Virus record (IMG/VR): IMGVR_UViG_3300029911_000026
Coordinates: 768-64,767 of that record
DNA from: a virus
Lineage: Duplodnaviria; Caudoviricetes
Length of the DNA: 64,000 nucleotides
Strand: one strand, 5' to 3'
Numbering within the stretch: the first letter of the stretch is position 1; every line of letters begins with the position of its first letter. The translations under genes were made by a program, and so were the position numbers. Shown piece after piece: positions 18,359 to 28,424 of the stretch. The notes below the pieces were generated by a model. It did no database searches, was not told the origin of the DNA, and saw only the letters and a list, made by a program, of their open reading frames with translations.

Positions 18359-18748
18359 CTAAGTCCCCGTGGGCGCGTCCTGCGTATCCTGGCTCGTGCA
18401 GATCGCCTCTATCCATCCTGCACCATAGCTGGTAGCGTCCTCGACGGTGATCACCAGAAAGTCGTCGTTGTGCCAGGTCACGATGTCTTGCAGTAAGCCC
18501 GCGACCTGGCCCTGGAGACGGAACCGCGTGATGACCGAGATGGTCTTGCGGCCGATCGCCCCCTCATCGTCGCGCGAACTGTCATTGTCGCCGTCCGGCT
18601 CGACGATGGCGCCGACGCGGAACGTCTCATCGGAGTTCCGACCAATCCCGGTGCTGTCGACGAACGAGGTCCGCCGCCGCACGCTGATCATATCCACCAG
18701 CATAGGGCTGGAGAGCACGATGACTCCGGGGTCGATAAGAGGCGGCAT
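18359..18748 (-). CDS. Head-tail adaptor
   Basis: Synteny; YGAGWIEAIC C-terminal motif. Confidence 0.7.
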   Translation of the reverse strand: MPPLIDPGVIVLSSPMLVDMISVRRRTSFVDSTGIGRNSDETFRVGAIVEPDGDNDSSRDDEGAIGRKTISVITRFRLQGQVAGLLQDIVTWHNDDFLVITVEDATSYGAGWIEAICTSQDTQDAPTGT

Positions 18749-19260
18749 TAGTGAGGCTCCCGCGTGCGCACAACGCTGGTCACGGCGGCAAGCATCTGGC
18801 CGGTGGCGTCGAGAGGTTCGGTGCGCGTCATGCCTTGGCGCTGGCGCGCTCTGATGGTCGATGGTGCCAGTGCTTGGAAGGGACCGGCAACGATCTTGCT
18901 CTTGATGCCGGCCTCTGCTATCAACCCCACCCCGATCAAGCCCTTCTCGACTGCATCCTTGTCACCTTCGAGCGCCTTGCGGCCGGTCGATTCCATGCGC
19001 GCGGTGATGTCCGTCTCGACCTCGCGGATGCCGGGCTCCATAAACTCGCGCTGCGGGATGCCGTTCACCGGGCTGCCCTGGTTGTGGATGTAGGCCAGCT
19101 CCGCGTTGGTGATCGGGTCGCCCTTCTCTCGGGGTTTGCCGTCTGAGGGGAAGCCGACCAGAACCTCGCGATTCTCCAGCGCGTCGAGCGCGGCCATGAG
19201 CTGCGGGATGTTATTCACCGCGAGGACCAGGTTCACGGTGATGTTCGTCTTGCGCGCCAT
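18748..19260 (-). CDS. Neck/virion morphogenesis protein
   Basis: VLVGFP, NAELAYIHNQGSP..GIP.R.FM, PLDATGQM. Confidence 0.8.
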   Translation of the reverse strand: MARKTNITVNLVLAVNNIPQLMAALDALENREVLVGFPSDGKPREKGDPITNAELAYIHNQGSPVNGIPQREFMEPGIREVETDITARMESTGRKALEGDKDAVEKGLIGVGLIAEAGIKSKIVAGPFQALAPSTIRARQRQGMTRTEPLDATGQMLAAVTSVVRTREPH

Positions 19261-19805
19261 TAGGCACCGCCCTCATAGAAGCCTTCGACCGGTCCAGCCC
19301 ATGCACCGATCGCGTAGCCATTGCCGCACAGTATAGCCACGCACTCCATGAGGAAAAGCTGGTTCGCTGCAAGGCAGGGTCCGGAGATGCCCACCTGGAT
19401 AGGTCCGGCGCCCATCATGCGCATCAGGTTCCAGAACCGCGTGCCGTAGATCGTCAGGTTGAAGTTGCCCGCGCCTTCTTCGCCAGCAAGGGCCGTGTCG
19501 TATCCCACGCTGAGGGACTTCCCCGCTTCCGAGGCCACCACGCCGCGGGAGATGCCAGGGATGCCGCCAGCGTCCGCCGCGCTCATGGCGAAGGCTTCCA
19601 GCGCAACGTTGTGCGCGATGAACAGCTCCATGCCGAGGTTGATGAGCGCCGGGTCCCACCGGCACGGATTGAGCAGGTAGGCCGCGATGGTCGCCCAGAA
19701 CGTGATCTGCGAGACGGGGAAGAGGGTCGAGTTTCCGAATTCCGGAAAGTCGAGCACAAACTGCGCGGGGAGGATGGGCGTGTTAGGCGGTGCTGGTAGC
19801 GACAT
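19260..19805 (-). CDS. Head-tail connector DUF4054
   Basis: F..DFPEF, ELFIAHN, SVGYD, NLTIYGTRF. Confidence 0.85.
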   Translation of the reverse strand: MSLPAPPNTPILPAQFVLDFPEFGNSTLFPVSQITFWATIAAYLLNPCRWDPALINLGMELFIAHNVALEAFAMSAADAGGIPGISRGVVASEAGKSLSVGYDTALAGEEGAGNFNLTIYGTRFWNLMRMMGAGPIQVGISGPCLAANQLFLMECVAILCGNGYAIGAWAGPVEGFYEGGA

Positions 19806-19873
19806 CTTGCCCCTCAAATTGAGAAGGCCCACCGACCTAAGCCGGTAGGCCTCTCCGTGACAGATTCCAGAAC

Positions 19874-20329
19874 TTACCGATCGTCGCGTGGTGCCGACTG
19901 GTTGTATGCCTTCACGCCATTGGCGATCAAGTAGGGGTGTGTGGACAGACCGGTCTCCACTGGCTGCACACCGGCCTGGAACTGAATCTGGCGCCCGTGC
20001 GTGACGGTCAGCTTGACCGGGTGCGGGAAGAGCATCAGCACCGTATCCTGCGCGGCGGCGGCGGCCTTGTCAGCCGTCTCCAGATTCGCGCTCGGATGCA
20101 GGGCGATTGGATCGATCACGCCGGGAGCATAGCCAGGCTTGACCTGTTGCCCAACCGGCAGCTCCGAGACGTCCTTCGCCTTGTCCTTCGTGAAGTCGGG
20201 CGAGCCTTCAATGCGGCCGTCGGCGTCAATCACGTTCGCGGCCTTGGCGTCTGCAGCTACCTTCGCAGCGTTCGCGTTTTGCTCGTCGGTCAGCGATGGA
20301 TCATTCTCGTATGGCATCGGATACCTCAA
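19874..20329 (-). CDS. Hypothetical virion-module protein
   Basis: ORF between capsid and connector; F.AG.Q.V....S.HPY..ANG C-terminal motif. Confidence 0.55.
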   Translation of the reverse strand: MRYPMPYENDPSLTDEQNANAAKVAADAKAANVIDADGRIEGSPDFTKDKAKDVSELPVGQQVKPGYAPGVIDPIALHPSANLETADKAAAAAQDTVLMLFPHPVKLTVTHGRQIQFQAGVQPVETGLSTHPYLIANGVKAYNQSAPRDDR

Positions 20330-20355
20330 AAGTGTTGGGCCGTAGCCCTTTTCGC

Positions 20356-21153
20356 TTACCCTTCCGTTATACCAGTGTCCGCAAGCGCGCGGCGCGCATC
20401 CTGGCGTCTCTTCTGTCCAATTCTCAACTTCTCAAGGTGCTCGGGGCTGAATACTCGACCCTTCAATGCCTTCGATATCTTCAACCTTTCTGCTGGGTCC
20501 TGCGTTCGCGCACGGTTCGCCGCTGCGATCTTGGCCTTAGTCTCCTCCGAGAGCACGTTCCCGGCCTTGATGTGGTGTCGGCCTTCCGCCGCGCGTCGCT
20601 GCGCGGAATCGCGCATCTTCGCCTTAGTCTCTTCGCTCAAGGGCTTGCCCTTATTGGCTGTGCCGTAGGTGTTGCCTTTGAGGCGCTCGGAATTGTCTGG
20701 TCGAGGTCGGCCAAGTAAAGCCGCCCTCTGTTTAGCTCGAACCTCCGGTGGAGTAATAGTGCCTCGTCTATTTCGGTTGCCCGTGGCCCATTTCGTGGCT
20801 CGCGCTGACATTGCAGCGCGAAGCTCTGGGGATGGCTCCCGAACGCCATCTCCCCCACTGGTCGCGTTGACCAAGGGACCGTTAGGTTCGCGGCCGAGCT
20901 TGGCGATAGTCGCGATCTCCAGAGCGGCAGCCTCAGCCTTAGTCAGACCCTCGGCCAGCTTGCGCTTTGGAACCGAGATTCCAGCTCGCTTCATCGCCCG
21001 GATTATGTTGTTCTTGTGGGTCCGCGGATTCTTGGAGTTGCAACATGCCTCGTGCTGGAGCCAGCGGTCGCCCTTGCCGAAGCCGATGTAGAACGGTGTT
21101 CCGTCCTCGCGCTCTAACTGGTAGACGTAGTAAATTGCCTCTGACGTAGAAAT
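20356..21153 (-). CDS. Free-standing GIY-YIG homing endonuclease with NUMOD3 repeats (probable ATT start)
   Basis: Frame extends upstream of annotated Met to IYYVYQLEREDGTPFYIGFGKGDR; GPLVNATSGGDG; LSEETKAK repeats. Confidence 0.8.
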   Translation of the reverse strand: MSTSEAIYYVYQLEREDGTPFYIGFGKGDRWLQHEACCNSKNPRTHKNNIIRAMKRAGISVPKRKLAEGLTKAEAAALEIATIAKLGREPNGPLVNATSGGDGVREPSPELRAAMSARATKWATGNRNRRGTITPPEVRAKQRAALLGRPRPDNSERLKGNTYGTANKGKPLSEETKAKMRDSAQRRAAEGRHHIKAGNVLSEETKAKIAAANRARTQDPAERLKISKALKGRVFSPEHLEKLRIGQKRRQDARRALADTGITEG

Positions 21154-21210
21154 GGGTGAGCCCCTTTCGGATACTCACCCATTCTATCAGATGCTACACT
21201 CCATTGAAAA

Positions 21211-22275
21211 TCAGAGCCCGTCAAAGTACCCCACAGTATTTCCATAGGGGAATTCGACGCCACCCATGCGGTGGTAGTAGTAGGTCTTGTGCCACAGGCC
21301 GTCGTACTGAATCGGCGTGCGGTTCTGGAGGGTGAGCGGGAAGCGCACGAATTTGTATTCCTTCGTGTAGACGACCATGCGGTCGACCGTTCCCTGGACG
21401 CCGATGGTGCCGCCGGCGCCGGTTCCGAAGCCCCACTTGCAGGCCTCGATGGTGAGCTTGCCTCCACCGTTCGCGGTGAGCAGGTTGTTCTGCTCGATGT
21501 AGGTCTTGATCGAGACCAGGCCAGCCTGGGTCGCCACCTTGGCAGTCGAGATGAATCCGAACTGCGTGGGGGGGAGCAGGATGCGGTTCGGCTTCACAGC
21601 CCAGCCGCTTGCAGACCACACCGAGGTCAGCGCGAGGTTGAAGTCCGCGAGGATCTCGTCGGGCGTCTTGTAGAGCCACTGCGAATAGCCCTGCGCGCCA
21701 ATCGGGAGGTTCGTGACGTTGGTCACGGCGCTAGAGTTGTACAGGCCGCCGATGTTCAGCGTGATGTCGCCGATGTAGACCTGCTCATCGATGTCCATCT
21801 GGCGCTTGAGTTCCATGCCGTCGACCTTCGATGCGTCGATGGGACGGCCGAGCTTGGCGGCGGAGGCGAGCTCCAGGATGTCGTACTTGACCTCCATGCC
21901 CCAGACGTTCAGCGGGTTCGGCGTCTTCTTGATGTCGAGCCCAACGCCAGCGATCTGCGTGGAGTCCTTACCCATCCATGCCTTGCCGGTGCCGACGGCG
22001 TTGCCGGTGCCGAGGCCACCCTGCGACGCGACGGTCGAGTTCGTGAAGCTGGAGAACTCATCCGCGATCGTGATGTCCTCACGGAGGTCCATGTCGCGCA
22101 TCCATGTGATGTCGACGAGCGGCATGTTCAGCGTCTGGTCGATACGCTCCAGCTCGCCATGCAGGAACGCGCCCGTCGAGTCAACGGTCTTGCCGTCATG
22201 GGTGCGGCAGCTCCCCAGCCGCTGGCCCGGCTGATATGCGGGTTCATCATTGCGAAGATGGTCGAAGCTGAGCAT
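21211..22275 (-). CDS. Major capsid protein (DUF2184)
   Basis: GAFL.GELERIDQTL..PL..ITW.RD..LRED; GRPIDASK; IDEQVYIGD; DRMVVY. Confidence 0.92.
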   Translation of the reverse strand: MLSFDHLRNDEPAYQPGQRLGSCRTHDGKTVDSTGAFLHGELERIDQTLNMPLVDITWMRDMDLREDITIADEFSSFTNSTVASQGGLGTGNAVGTGKAWMGKDSTQIAGVGLDIKKTPNPLNVWGMEVKYDILELASAAKLGRPIDASKVDGMELKRQMDIDEQVYIGDITLNIGGLYNSSAVTNVTNLPIGAQGYSQWLYKTPDEILADFNLALTSVWSASGWAVKPNRILLPPTQFGFISTAKVATQAGLVSIKTYIEQNNLLTANGGGKLTIEACKWGFGTGAGGTIGVQGTVDRMVVYTKEYKFVRFPLTLQNRTPIQYDGLWHKTYYYHRMGGVEFPYGNTVGYFDGL

Positions 22276-22365
22276 TTCCGTTCCTCCCGCCCTTGTGTGG
22301 CGACCTTCTAAACTTTGCCGGGTACTTCTACCGCCCGGTCGGCCTTGCCATGCGCCTTGCGCGGT

Positions 22366-22929
22366 TTAGACCTCGAAGATGAGCTCACCGATGCCGAGCG
22401 TGTCCGCCGGGCCGTTGAACGTGGTCCGAGCCGATGAGAGGGTGATGGTATTTCCGCCCGAGCTTGCCGACTCAAAGCCGCCCTGGATATGGCTGCCGGA
22501 AGCGGCGGCAATCCAGACGTTGACGGCCTGGCCCTTGGTCACAGCTCCAACGATCGGGACCATGATGTAGCCGAAGCGGAGGATGTCGACGATGGGACCG
22601 GGGACGTTGGCTGCGCCAAACGAAGCGCTCATGCCGCCCGTGGTCTGCTGCGTCGGATAGACGCGGACGACGACGCCGTAGATGGAGGTCAGGGCCGAGT
22701 CGCTCGACTGGAGCACCCGCACGCCATTGACCGAAGTGTCCACTACCACCGCGAGGCCAGGCTGCAAGGGGACCGCCGTATTCGGCGAGATGTAGCAGGG
22801 CTCGACTATGGCGCGCGGGAAGCGAGCAATGTCGCCAGCGAAGCCAGCGCCCATGCGGTAGGTGAACGCGCCGTCGTGCGTCATGCGGCGGCCGAGCCGG
22901 CGGGGAAACTGAGGGTTCACGCTGATCAT
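22366..22929 (-). CDS. Capsid cement/decoration protein
   Basis: AFTYRMGAGFAGDI.R, YGVVVRVYPTQ, DILRFGYI. Confidence 0.8.
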   Translation of the reverse strand: MISVNPQFPRRLGRRMTHDGAFTYRMGAGFAGDIARFPRAIVEPCYISPNTAVPLQPGLAVVVDTSVNGVRVLQSSDSALTSIYGVVVRVYPTQQTTGGMSASFGAANVPGPIVDILRFGYIMVPIVGAVTKGQAVNVWIAAASGSHIQGGFESASSGGNTITLSSARTTFNGPADTLGIGELIFEV

Positions 22930-22993
22930 GACTAACTGCTCCTTCCGGTCGGGCTGTTGCCCGGGTGCTGCGGAACTGCGTAACTGCGAGCGC

Positions 22994-24997
22994 TTACTTG
23001 TTATCCGGGAACAACGCCCGGTTGCGCTTGTTGAGGTCTGCAAGGGTCAACGTCGGCTTGGCATCGTGAGTGCGCGTCGCGCTGATGCGTTCGGGCTCCG
23101 AGTTGCTGCGGCCCTTGGCGGCGACAGCGCCGCGGAAGATGGTGCGAACGTCGTCGCAGGTCATCTTTGTAAGGCCGTCCTGGGTGAGCACCTTGCCGCC
23201 GCGGAGTGCGGCAACCGTGCCAGCACCGTCCATGGTCGAGGCGAAGACGCCCAGCGCGCGGCGCCGGAGAGCGCAGATGGTGTCGAGGGTCTTGCGACGC
23301 GGCGTGGCGCTGTCGAAGGTGGGGTAGTGGAGGCCCGGGGCGATGATCTCGCAGCCGGAGATGGTGGCCTGGACTGACTCCTCCAGATAGGCGCTGTCCT
23401 TGGACTTCCGGGCCTTGTCGCCGGTGCCCTCGGGAGCTTCCTCCTCCATCGCGTCCTCGGTTTTCTTCTCCTCTTCCTTGGACTCTTCGTCGTGCGTGGT
23501 CGCTTCCTCGCAAGCCTTGATGCGGCCTTCGAGGCCTTCCATCGCGGAATCGTGAGCCTTGAACTTGGCGTCGTGCGCCTCGAAGCGTGCGGAGATCTTC
23601 TCCGGCGTCCATTCCTCTTCGCCGTCGGCGTCCTTGGACTTCTTCTTGTCCTTGGCCTCTTCCTTCGCCTTCTTCTCGGCCTCTTCGACCTCTTCGTCCT
23701 TGGCCTTGTCGAGTTCCTTCATGGCCGCGTCGATCTCCTTGGCGTCCTTGGAGTCGAGAGCCTTGCGTAGGTTGCGCTTCGCGGCGTCGAAAGTCATTGG
23801 TCCTGCCTCCTGGCATCGGCACGTCTTTGTGGACGGCAGAGCTGAATCCCTTACTGCGCATCGGGCGCCGCAGCGACCCGAATCTACAAGGGCAACGTGG
23901 TTCACCACGATGTCCTCTTGATGGCCTATGCCGGGAGCGTCTTCGACATACTCGCAGTCGTATCCCAGCGACAACTCGACCTTATCATCCACTGCAAGCC
24001 CTGTTTCCCGGTCGTAAAGCAGCCCGATGATCGCCTGGTCGCAGATGAGCAGGTCGGCCACCAGGAGCATCTCGTCCGGCGGGGACCCGCGGCGGGCCTG
24101 GATCATGATGCCAGCGGCGAGCTCTTTCCAGTTGGCGGGATTGACCTCGCCATCGGGGTAGAGTTCCGGGTCCGGGTGCTCGTTGATGAGCGGCTTGCCG
24201 TTGGCGCTATCGATGACGACGGACTTGAATACGTCCTCTGGACGGCGGTCGATATGTACCAACCCGTCCGGGCCGGGCTTGAGCGGAGTCTCATCCGGCC
24301 CGTAGATCTGGATACCGGTGCGGGCGATGGGCGTGTTTTGGCAGTAGAGGAAGCCTTCGGGGGTGAGGAAGCGGTTCGGGCCGATCTTCTCGGTTGTGTA
24401 GAACCGCATATCGGTGGTCTTGCCGTCGAGAGAGCCAGGAAACATCTCACGAAGAACTTCCCGCACTACATAAGAAGGGAGCCCCGTAGCTTGGCTAAGC
24501 TCAGAAGGCGTCTTGCGACCTTCCTTCATGGCTGCTTGAACGAGCTCCTTAGAAGTCTTCGTGTCCTGCGTCTTTCCGAGCGCTTCGCGAGCCTTGGCTT
24601 GCTTCTCCTGCGGAGAGAGCTTCTCCCAGGACTCAAGGCTCAGGCCAAGCTTCTCCCGGATCTCGCTCGCCATGATGTCGTGGGTTGAGTCGTGCGTACC
24701 CTCGTGCGGCCCTTTCTCTTTGCTCTGCCCGCAATGTACGCAACGATCAGGCTGGGCCGGATGGCCGAGATACGAGCCGGTCGGCTCGAACTTGTGAGGC
24801 AAATGCGGCTGCGGGAAGGCGTCTTCTGTCCTGCTCAACAGGCGGTTGGCTTCTTCAAGGGCCTGGCCGCGCGTCAGGCGCTCTTCTTTCTCAAAATAGG
24901 CCACAAGCTCCGCGCGTTTCACGTTCTCCGGGATTCGCTTGGTAAGAATGGCCTGTGCCGGGGTGTATGAATCGACCGTGAAGGCAAGCGACTTCAT
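22994..24997 (-). CDS. Prohead protease/scaffold DUF2213 with 196-aa N-terminal extension
   Basis: TPEGFL.C...PIARTG.Q.Y, ELSLGYDCEY, NHVALVDSGRCG.RC; acidic scaffold C-terminus. Confidence 0.9.
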   Translation of the reverse strand: MKSLAFTVDSYTPAQAILTKRIPENVKRAELVAYFEKEERLTRGQALEEANRLLSRTEDAFPQPHLPHKFEPTGSYLGHPAQPDRCVHCGQSKEKGPHEGTHDSTHDIMASEIREKLGLSLESWEKLSPQEKQAKAREALGKTQDTKTSKELVQAAMKEGRKTPSELSQATGLPSYVVREVLREMFPGSLDGKTTDMRFYTTEKIGPNRFLTPEGFLYCQNTPIARTGIQIYGPDETPLKPGPDGLVHIDRRPEDVFKSVVIDSANGKPLINEHPDPELYPDGEVNPANWKELAAGIMIQARRGSPPDEMLLVADLLICDQAIIGLLYDRETGLAVDDKVELSLGYDCEYVEDAPGIGHQEDIVVNHVALVDSGRCGARCAVRDSALPSTKTCRCQEAGPMTFDAAKRNLRKALDSKDAKEIDAAMKELDKAKDEEVEEAEKKAKEEAKDKKKSKDADGEEEWTPEKISARFEAHDAKFKAHDSAMEGLEGRIKACEEATTHDEESKEEEKKTEDAMEEEAPEGTGDKARKSKDSAYLEESVQATISGCEIIAPGLHYPTFDSATPRRKTLDTICALRRRALGVFASTMDGAGTVAALRGGKVLTQDGLTKMTCDDVRTIFRGAVAAKGRSNSEPERISATRTHDAKPTLTLADLNKRNRALFPDNK

Positions 24998-25008
24998 GGA
25001 CTCCCCTT

Positions 25009-25596
25009 TTAGAGCAAGCCCTTGTTGGCGGATACGACGAGGCGGACGGATGCGCTGGTCCCGGTGAAGGTGCCAGAGGTCACGAATCGAACGCCCGTAA
25101 GCCCACTCAGGTTCACTATGAACAGGCCAGTGGTGGTCACGGTCTGGGTCGTGGCGAGGGTGCCGGCCGCGGTGATCGCTGCGCTATTCAGCGCGAACCA
25201 ATGCACGTTGTCATTCGTGCCCTGGATACCGAGGGTGACGGTCGTCAGGGAGGTTCCGTAGACGGTGAAGGTTCCGTAGCTGGCGCCGCCGAGGACCATG
25301 GTCGAGCTGGTCTGGCTGGTCGCGGTGAAGCTCTGAACCGGATAGGCTATGTTCGGGGAGATGGTAGGCGTGGCTCCGGAGACGACCTGAGCGTGGGAGG
25401 GCCGCGCGGCCAGGAAGCACATGCAGAGGCAGAACGCCAAGGCGATGCGGGGCGTTCGCTTGGGCGATTCGCCGCTGGAGGCATAGGCCAGGAGCGCGCA
25501 GACGACCAGCGCCGGGATGAGCAGGGCAGGGATGAAAATGCCGAGCACGACGGCGGCAACAGTGAGGACGATGGAGAGGGTGCGAAGCTTGCGCAT
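25009..25596 (-). CDS. Beta-rich protein with TM/signal-peptide N-terminus
   Basis: Hydrophobic N-terminus ending AARPSHA-Q; LGIQGTNDNVHWFAL motif. Confidence 0.55.
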   Translation of the reverse strand: MRKLRTLSIVLTVAAVVLGIFIPALLIPALVVCALLAYASSGESPKRTPRIALAFCLCMCFLAARPSHAQVVSGATPTISPNIAYPVQSFTATSQTSSTMVLGGASYGTFTVYGTSLTTVTLGIQGTNDNVHWFALNSAAITAAGTLATTQTVTTTGLFIVNLSGLTGVRFVTSGTFTGTSASVRLVVSANKGLL

Positions 25597-25876
25597 TGGC
25601 GGTGACTCCTGAAAGCAGGTTACCGTATGCGTCAAGCCGCCTTTCCGGATTCCGGAATCGTGAGGACCAGCGGGCCGGTTTCCCGGAGGCAGATGCACTC
25701 ACCTTCATGCCCTTGCTGGAGAAGACACCGCTGCCACCGAGCCCATGGTCCAACCGATGACTTGCAGCGGCCTTCGTTGACCGGTCGAGCGTGGATCCGC
25801 CCGTAGGTGTGTGGGATGGCGGCCATCGCCGCGGTAGCGCGGTCGGTGAACTCGCGGCGGGTTATGGAGACTCCGC

Positions 25877-26176
25877 TCATGCGTAGCTGAGGAACTGGAG
25901 CAGGAAGGTCGCAACGTAGGTGATCAGGTTGCTCGACCCGTCGAGCTTGGGCGGAGCCGTCATGAAGGTCAGCCGGAGGATGGAGCCCGCAATCGTAGCC
26001 GTGACGCCTGTAACAACCGCGCTGGCCGCTCCGAGGACGACAAGGCTCTGGATACCCTGCGGTTGCTGGCCGGTGAAGTTCAACCCGAGCGGGAGCGTCG
26101 AGAGGTCCACCGCGAAGGTGGTCGAAGTGCCATCTACCGTGAAGTCGAGCGTCGTCGAGCGGACGGGCGTGATCAT
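25877..26176 (-). CDS. Hypothetical beta-rich protein
   Basis: ORF with RBS in head module. Confidence 0.5.
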   Translation of the reverse strand: MITPVRSTTLDFTVDGTSTTFAVDLSTLPLGLNFTGQQPQGIQSLVVLGAASAVVTGVTATIAGSILRLTFMTAPPKLDGSSNLITYVATFLLQFLSYA

Positions 26177-27129
26177 GGGTCTATGGTATCCCTTCCCCGA
26201 AATCAGCTTCGGTGAAGCCAAGGCTTTCGGCGTAGCGCGGCTTCGGGATGGCCGGTGTTACTGCGGCGAGAGCGGCGGTGCGAAGGAAGCTGCGGCGGTT
26301 CATGCTCTATCTCCGTATCGCAAAGTGTCCCATCGAGCGATGCTGTCCAATGCCGATTCTACTCGGGCGTTCGGGCCAAGCGCTTGCTCGATGCGCGACT
26401 TGTGGTGAATCTCCATCGGGAAGCGATCGTAGCCACCGCGGGCGAGGTCGCGGCAGATCGAGCCTGGTGCGGCCTGGCAGGTCGGACAGCGGGTGTCGAG
26501 CGGCTTCATGCCCGGACCCAATAGGTCAGGTACTTATCGTTCACGTTCACGTTCACGTCCTCAAATCGTAAAGGAAATTATTCTAAAGGCCACTGCCACC
26601 AACATCCAACGGTATCTCTGTGGACTCCTGCGTGGCCTTTTGGCAGGATGCAATCGGAAATTGGTCCAGTCCAAGGCTGCATATTATTACCGCAAGACTC
26701 TGAAAATAAGGGAGGCTTCGGCGACTGCTCAATTGGGTTGTCCATCTGGCCTCGCCATTCTGCGCGTCTGCGCGTCGATCGTTGCCTCGTCCAATTCTCT
26801 CCCGCGTGACCACATGCCAGCAACCGAGCAGTGGTCGCCTTCGTGACCGATGGGCAGGTAGCAGAGAAAGCGCGGGTCGCGGCCAGCATCGCGGTTCGCC
26901 AGCCAGGCCATGCCGAAGTTTACCGCATCGCAGGGGTTGTTCCGATGAACCGCGTGCGCGAAGGTTTTGGCCAACAGGATCAGGATGTTCCAGAGGCAGC
27001 CCGCCGCGCAGAATAGCGCGATCACGATGCCAGCCAAGCGGAAGGGCCGGCTGAAATGCTGCACGAAGGTTCCGCAAACAAAGATCACGATGCAGTTCCC
27101 GATGATGGTGCCGATGCGCACGACTGGAT

Positions 27130-28161
27130 TCATTTGGATCCCTTCTTCTCCGGCTCCAGCCAGAGGTAAAGCATAGACCCGACCTTGCGCTCCAAAAGCA
27201 CGCGACCAGCTTCCTTGGCCCGGCGCCGGATGTGGACCAGCGTGTTCCCCGCATGGCGCTCGTCGCGGTTCTCCACTTCCTCAGCGTGGCCAGGGGCGAG
27301 CGCGAGCAGCTTGGCCCAGAGCGCTCCGGAGCGGCCCATGGGAGGGCGGAGGCGGGGCTTCTCCGGTGGGAGATCTTCGATCTTGATCGTGCGCGATGTC
27401 AGCTTGTCCAAGTGGCCTCCCATGACGTTTGCCTCGACTGTCAGGGTAACCTCTTCTGGGGCTGTGCTTTCCGTGGAAATATCGGGCGCTTTCTGGACAA
27501 TTCCCCAATGGATGAGCCGACCCTCCATCTGGACAATTTGGATGGCTCCGGCACCGCGCAAAAGCGAGCAGATGGCCGAACAGGTCTCAATGCCGAGGCC
27601 GGTTCTTTCGGCAAGCTCCCGAGAGGTTCTTGCGCCGTTTTTGATGGCGTCGAGGACGATCACCTTCTGCGGCCGGTCATCCAAGGCGACCCTGTGAGCT
27701 GGACCGATGCCAAAGGTGCGTGGTGCCGCATTGCGCTTCGGAGCCTTCTCGTTGACCCAGAGCGTCCCGTCCTTCATCTTCGTGCCGTTGCAGATGTAGC
27801 CGTGGAACCGGGTGCATCTCCCACTCTTGTTCTCCCAGCTCAATTGCTGGTCGCACCCGGCCACAATGCAAGTCTTTCCGCTGTAGCGCGAGATGGGTGT
27901 CGCATAGGGCCGTCGTCCCGGTTCAACTTTCCGGATTCCGGAAAGCATCGAGCGAGGGGAGGGGGTTGGCCTCTCGACCGGCAGCGACTTTCTATCGCGC
28001 TTCTGGCAGGGGTTGCACTGATCCTCATGGTTGTACTGCGAGAGGATCGTGGGGCAGGTCGCGCAGCGGCGAACGGGCGCGCCGATTGGCACCACTGACA
28101 AGTCCTCTTCCTCGTGCGGAGCCACCGAGGATTCCGTGCGCATCGGGAAATGGTGAGCCAT
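27130..28161 (-). CDS. Multi-domain protein with Cys clusters and wHTH-like motif
   Basis: C..C..ILS.YN....C..C; VLDAIKNGARTSRELAERTGL; own leaderless promoter. Confidence 0.55.
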   Translation of the reverse strand: MAHHFPMRTESSVAPHEEEDLSVVPIGAPVRRCATCPTILSQYNHEDQCNPCQKRDRKSLPVERPTPSPRSMLSGIRKVEPGRRPYATPISRYSGKTCIVAGCDQQLSWENKSGRCTRFHGYICNGTKMKDGTLWVNEKAPKRNAAPRTFGIGPAHRVALDDRPQKVIVLDAIKNGARTSRELAERTGLGIETCSAICSLLRGAGAIQIVQMEGRLIHWGIVQKAPDISTESTAPEEVTLTVEANVMGGHLDKLTSRTIKIEDLPPEKPRLRPPMGRSGALWAKLLALAPGHAEEVENRDERHAGNTLVHIRRRAKEAGRVLLERKVGSMLYLWLEPEKKGSK

Positions 28162-28168
28162 AGGCGTA

Positions 28169-28197
28169 ACACTAACACAATAACAATAGACATGCAA
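28169..28197 (-). promoter_or_regulatory. Promoter, leaderless
   Basis: TTGCAT-N17-TAGTGT, ATG 7 nt downstream. Confidence 0.6.
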
Positions 28198-28241
28198 CCT
28201 GCTGCGAACCGCCCGCCTCTAAGCCCGCTGAGGTACTTCCA

Positions 28242-28424
28242 ATGCCGCCCTACGTCAACATCGTCCTGCTCGCCTTCGCCGTGCTCTGCTTCTTCATCGC
28301 TGCCTTCTTCTGGAGTTCGGCGCCCGCGGGTCCGGCACCGACAACCTGGCAGTCGCGCATCTCGTTCGGATGGCTCGGGATGTTCTTCCTCGCGCTGGCA
28401 TTGCTGTTCGGCCAGCGGCTATAG
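28242..28424 (+). CDS. 60-aa two-TM membrane protein on the opposite strand
   Basis: GAGGT RBS; two hydrophobic helices; fills a gap with no good minus-strand gene. Confidence 0.6.
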   Translation: MPPYVNIVLLAFAVLCFFIAAFFWSSAPAGPAPTTWQSRISFGWLGMFFLALALLFGQRL

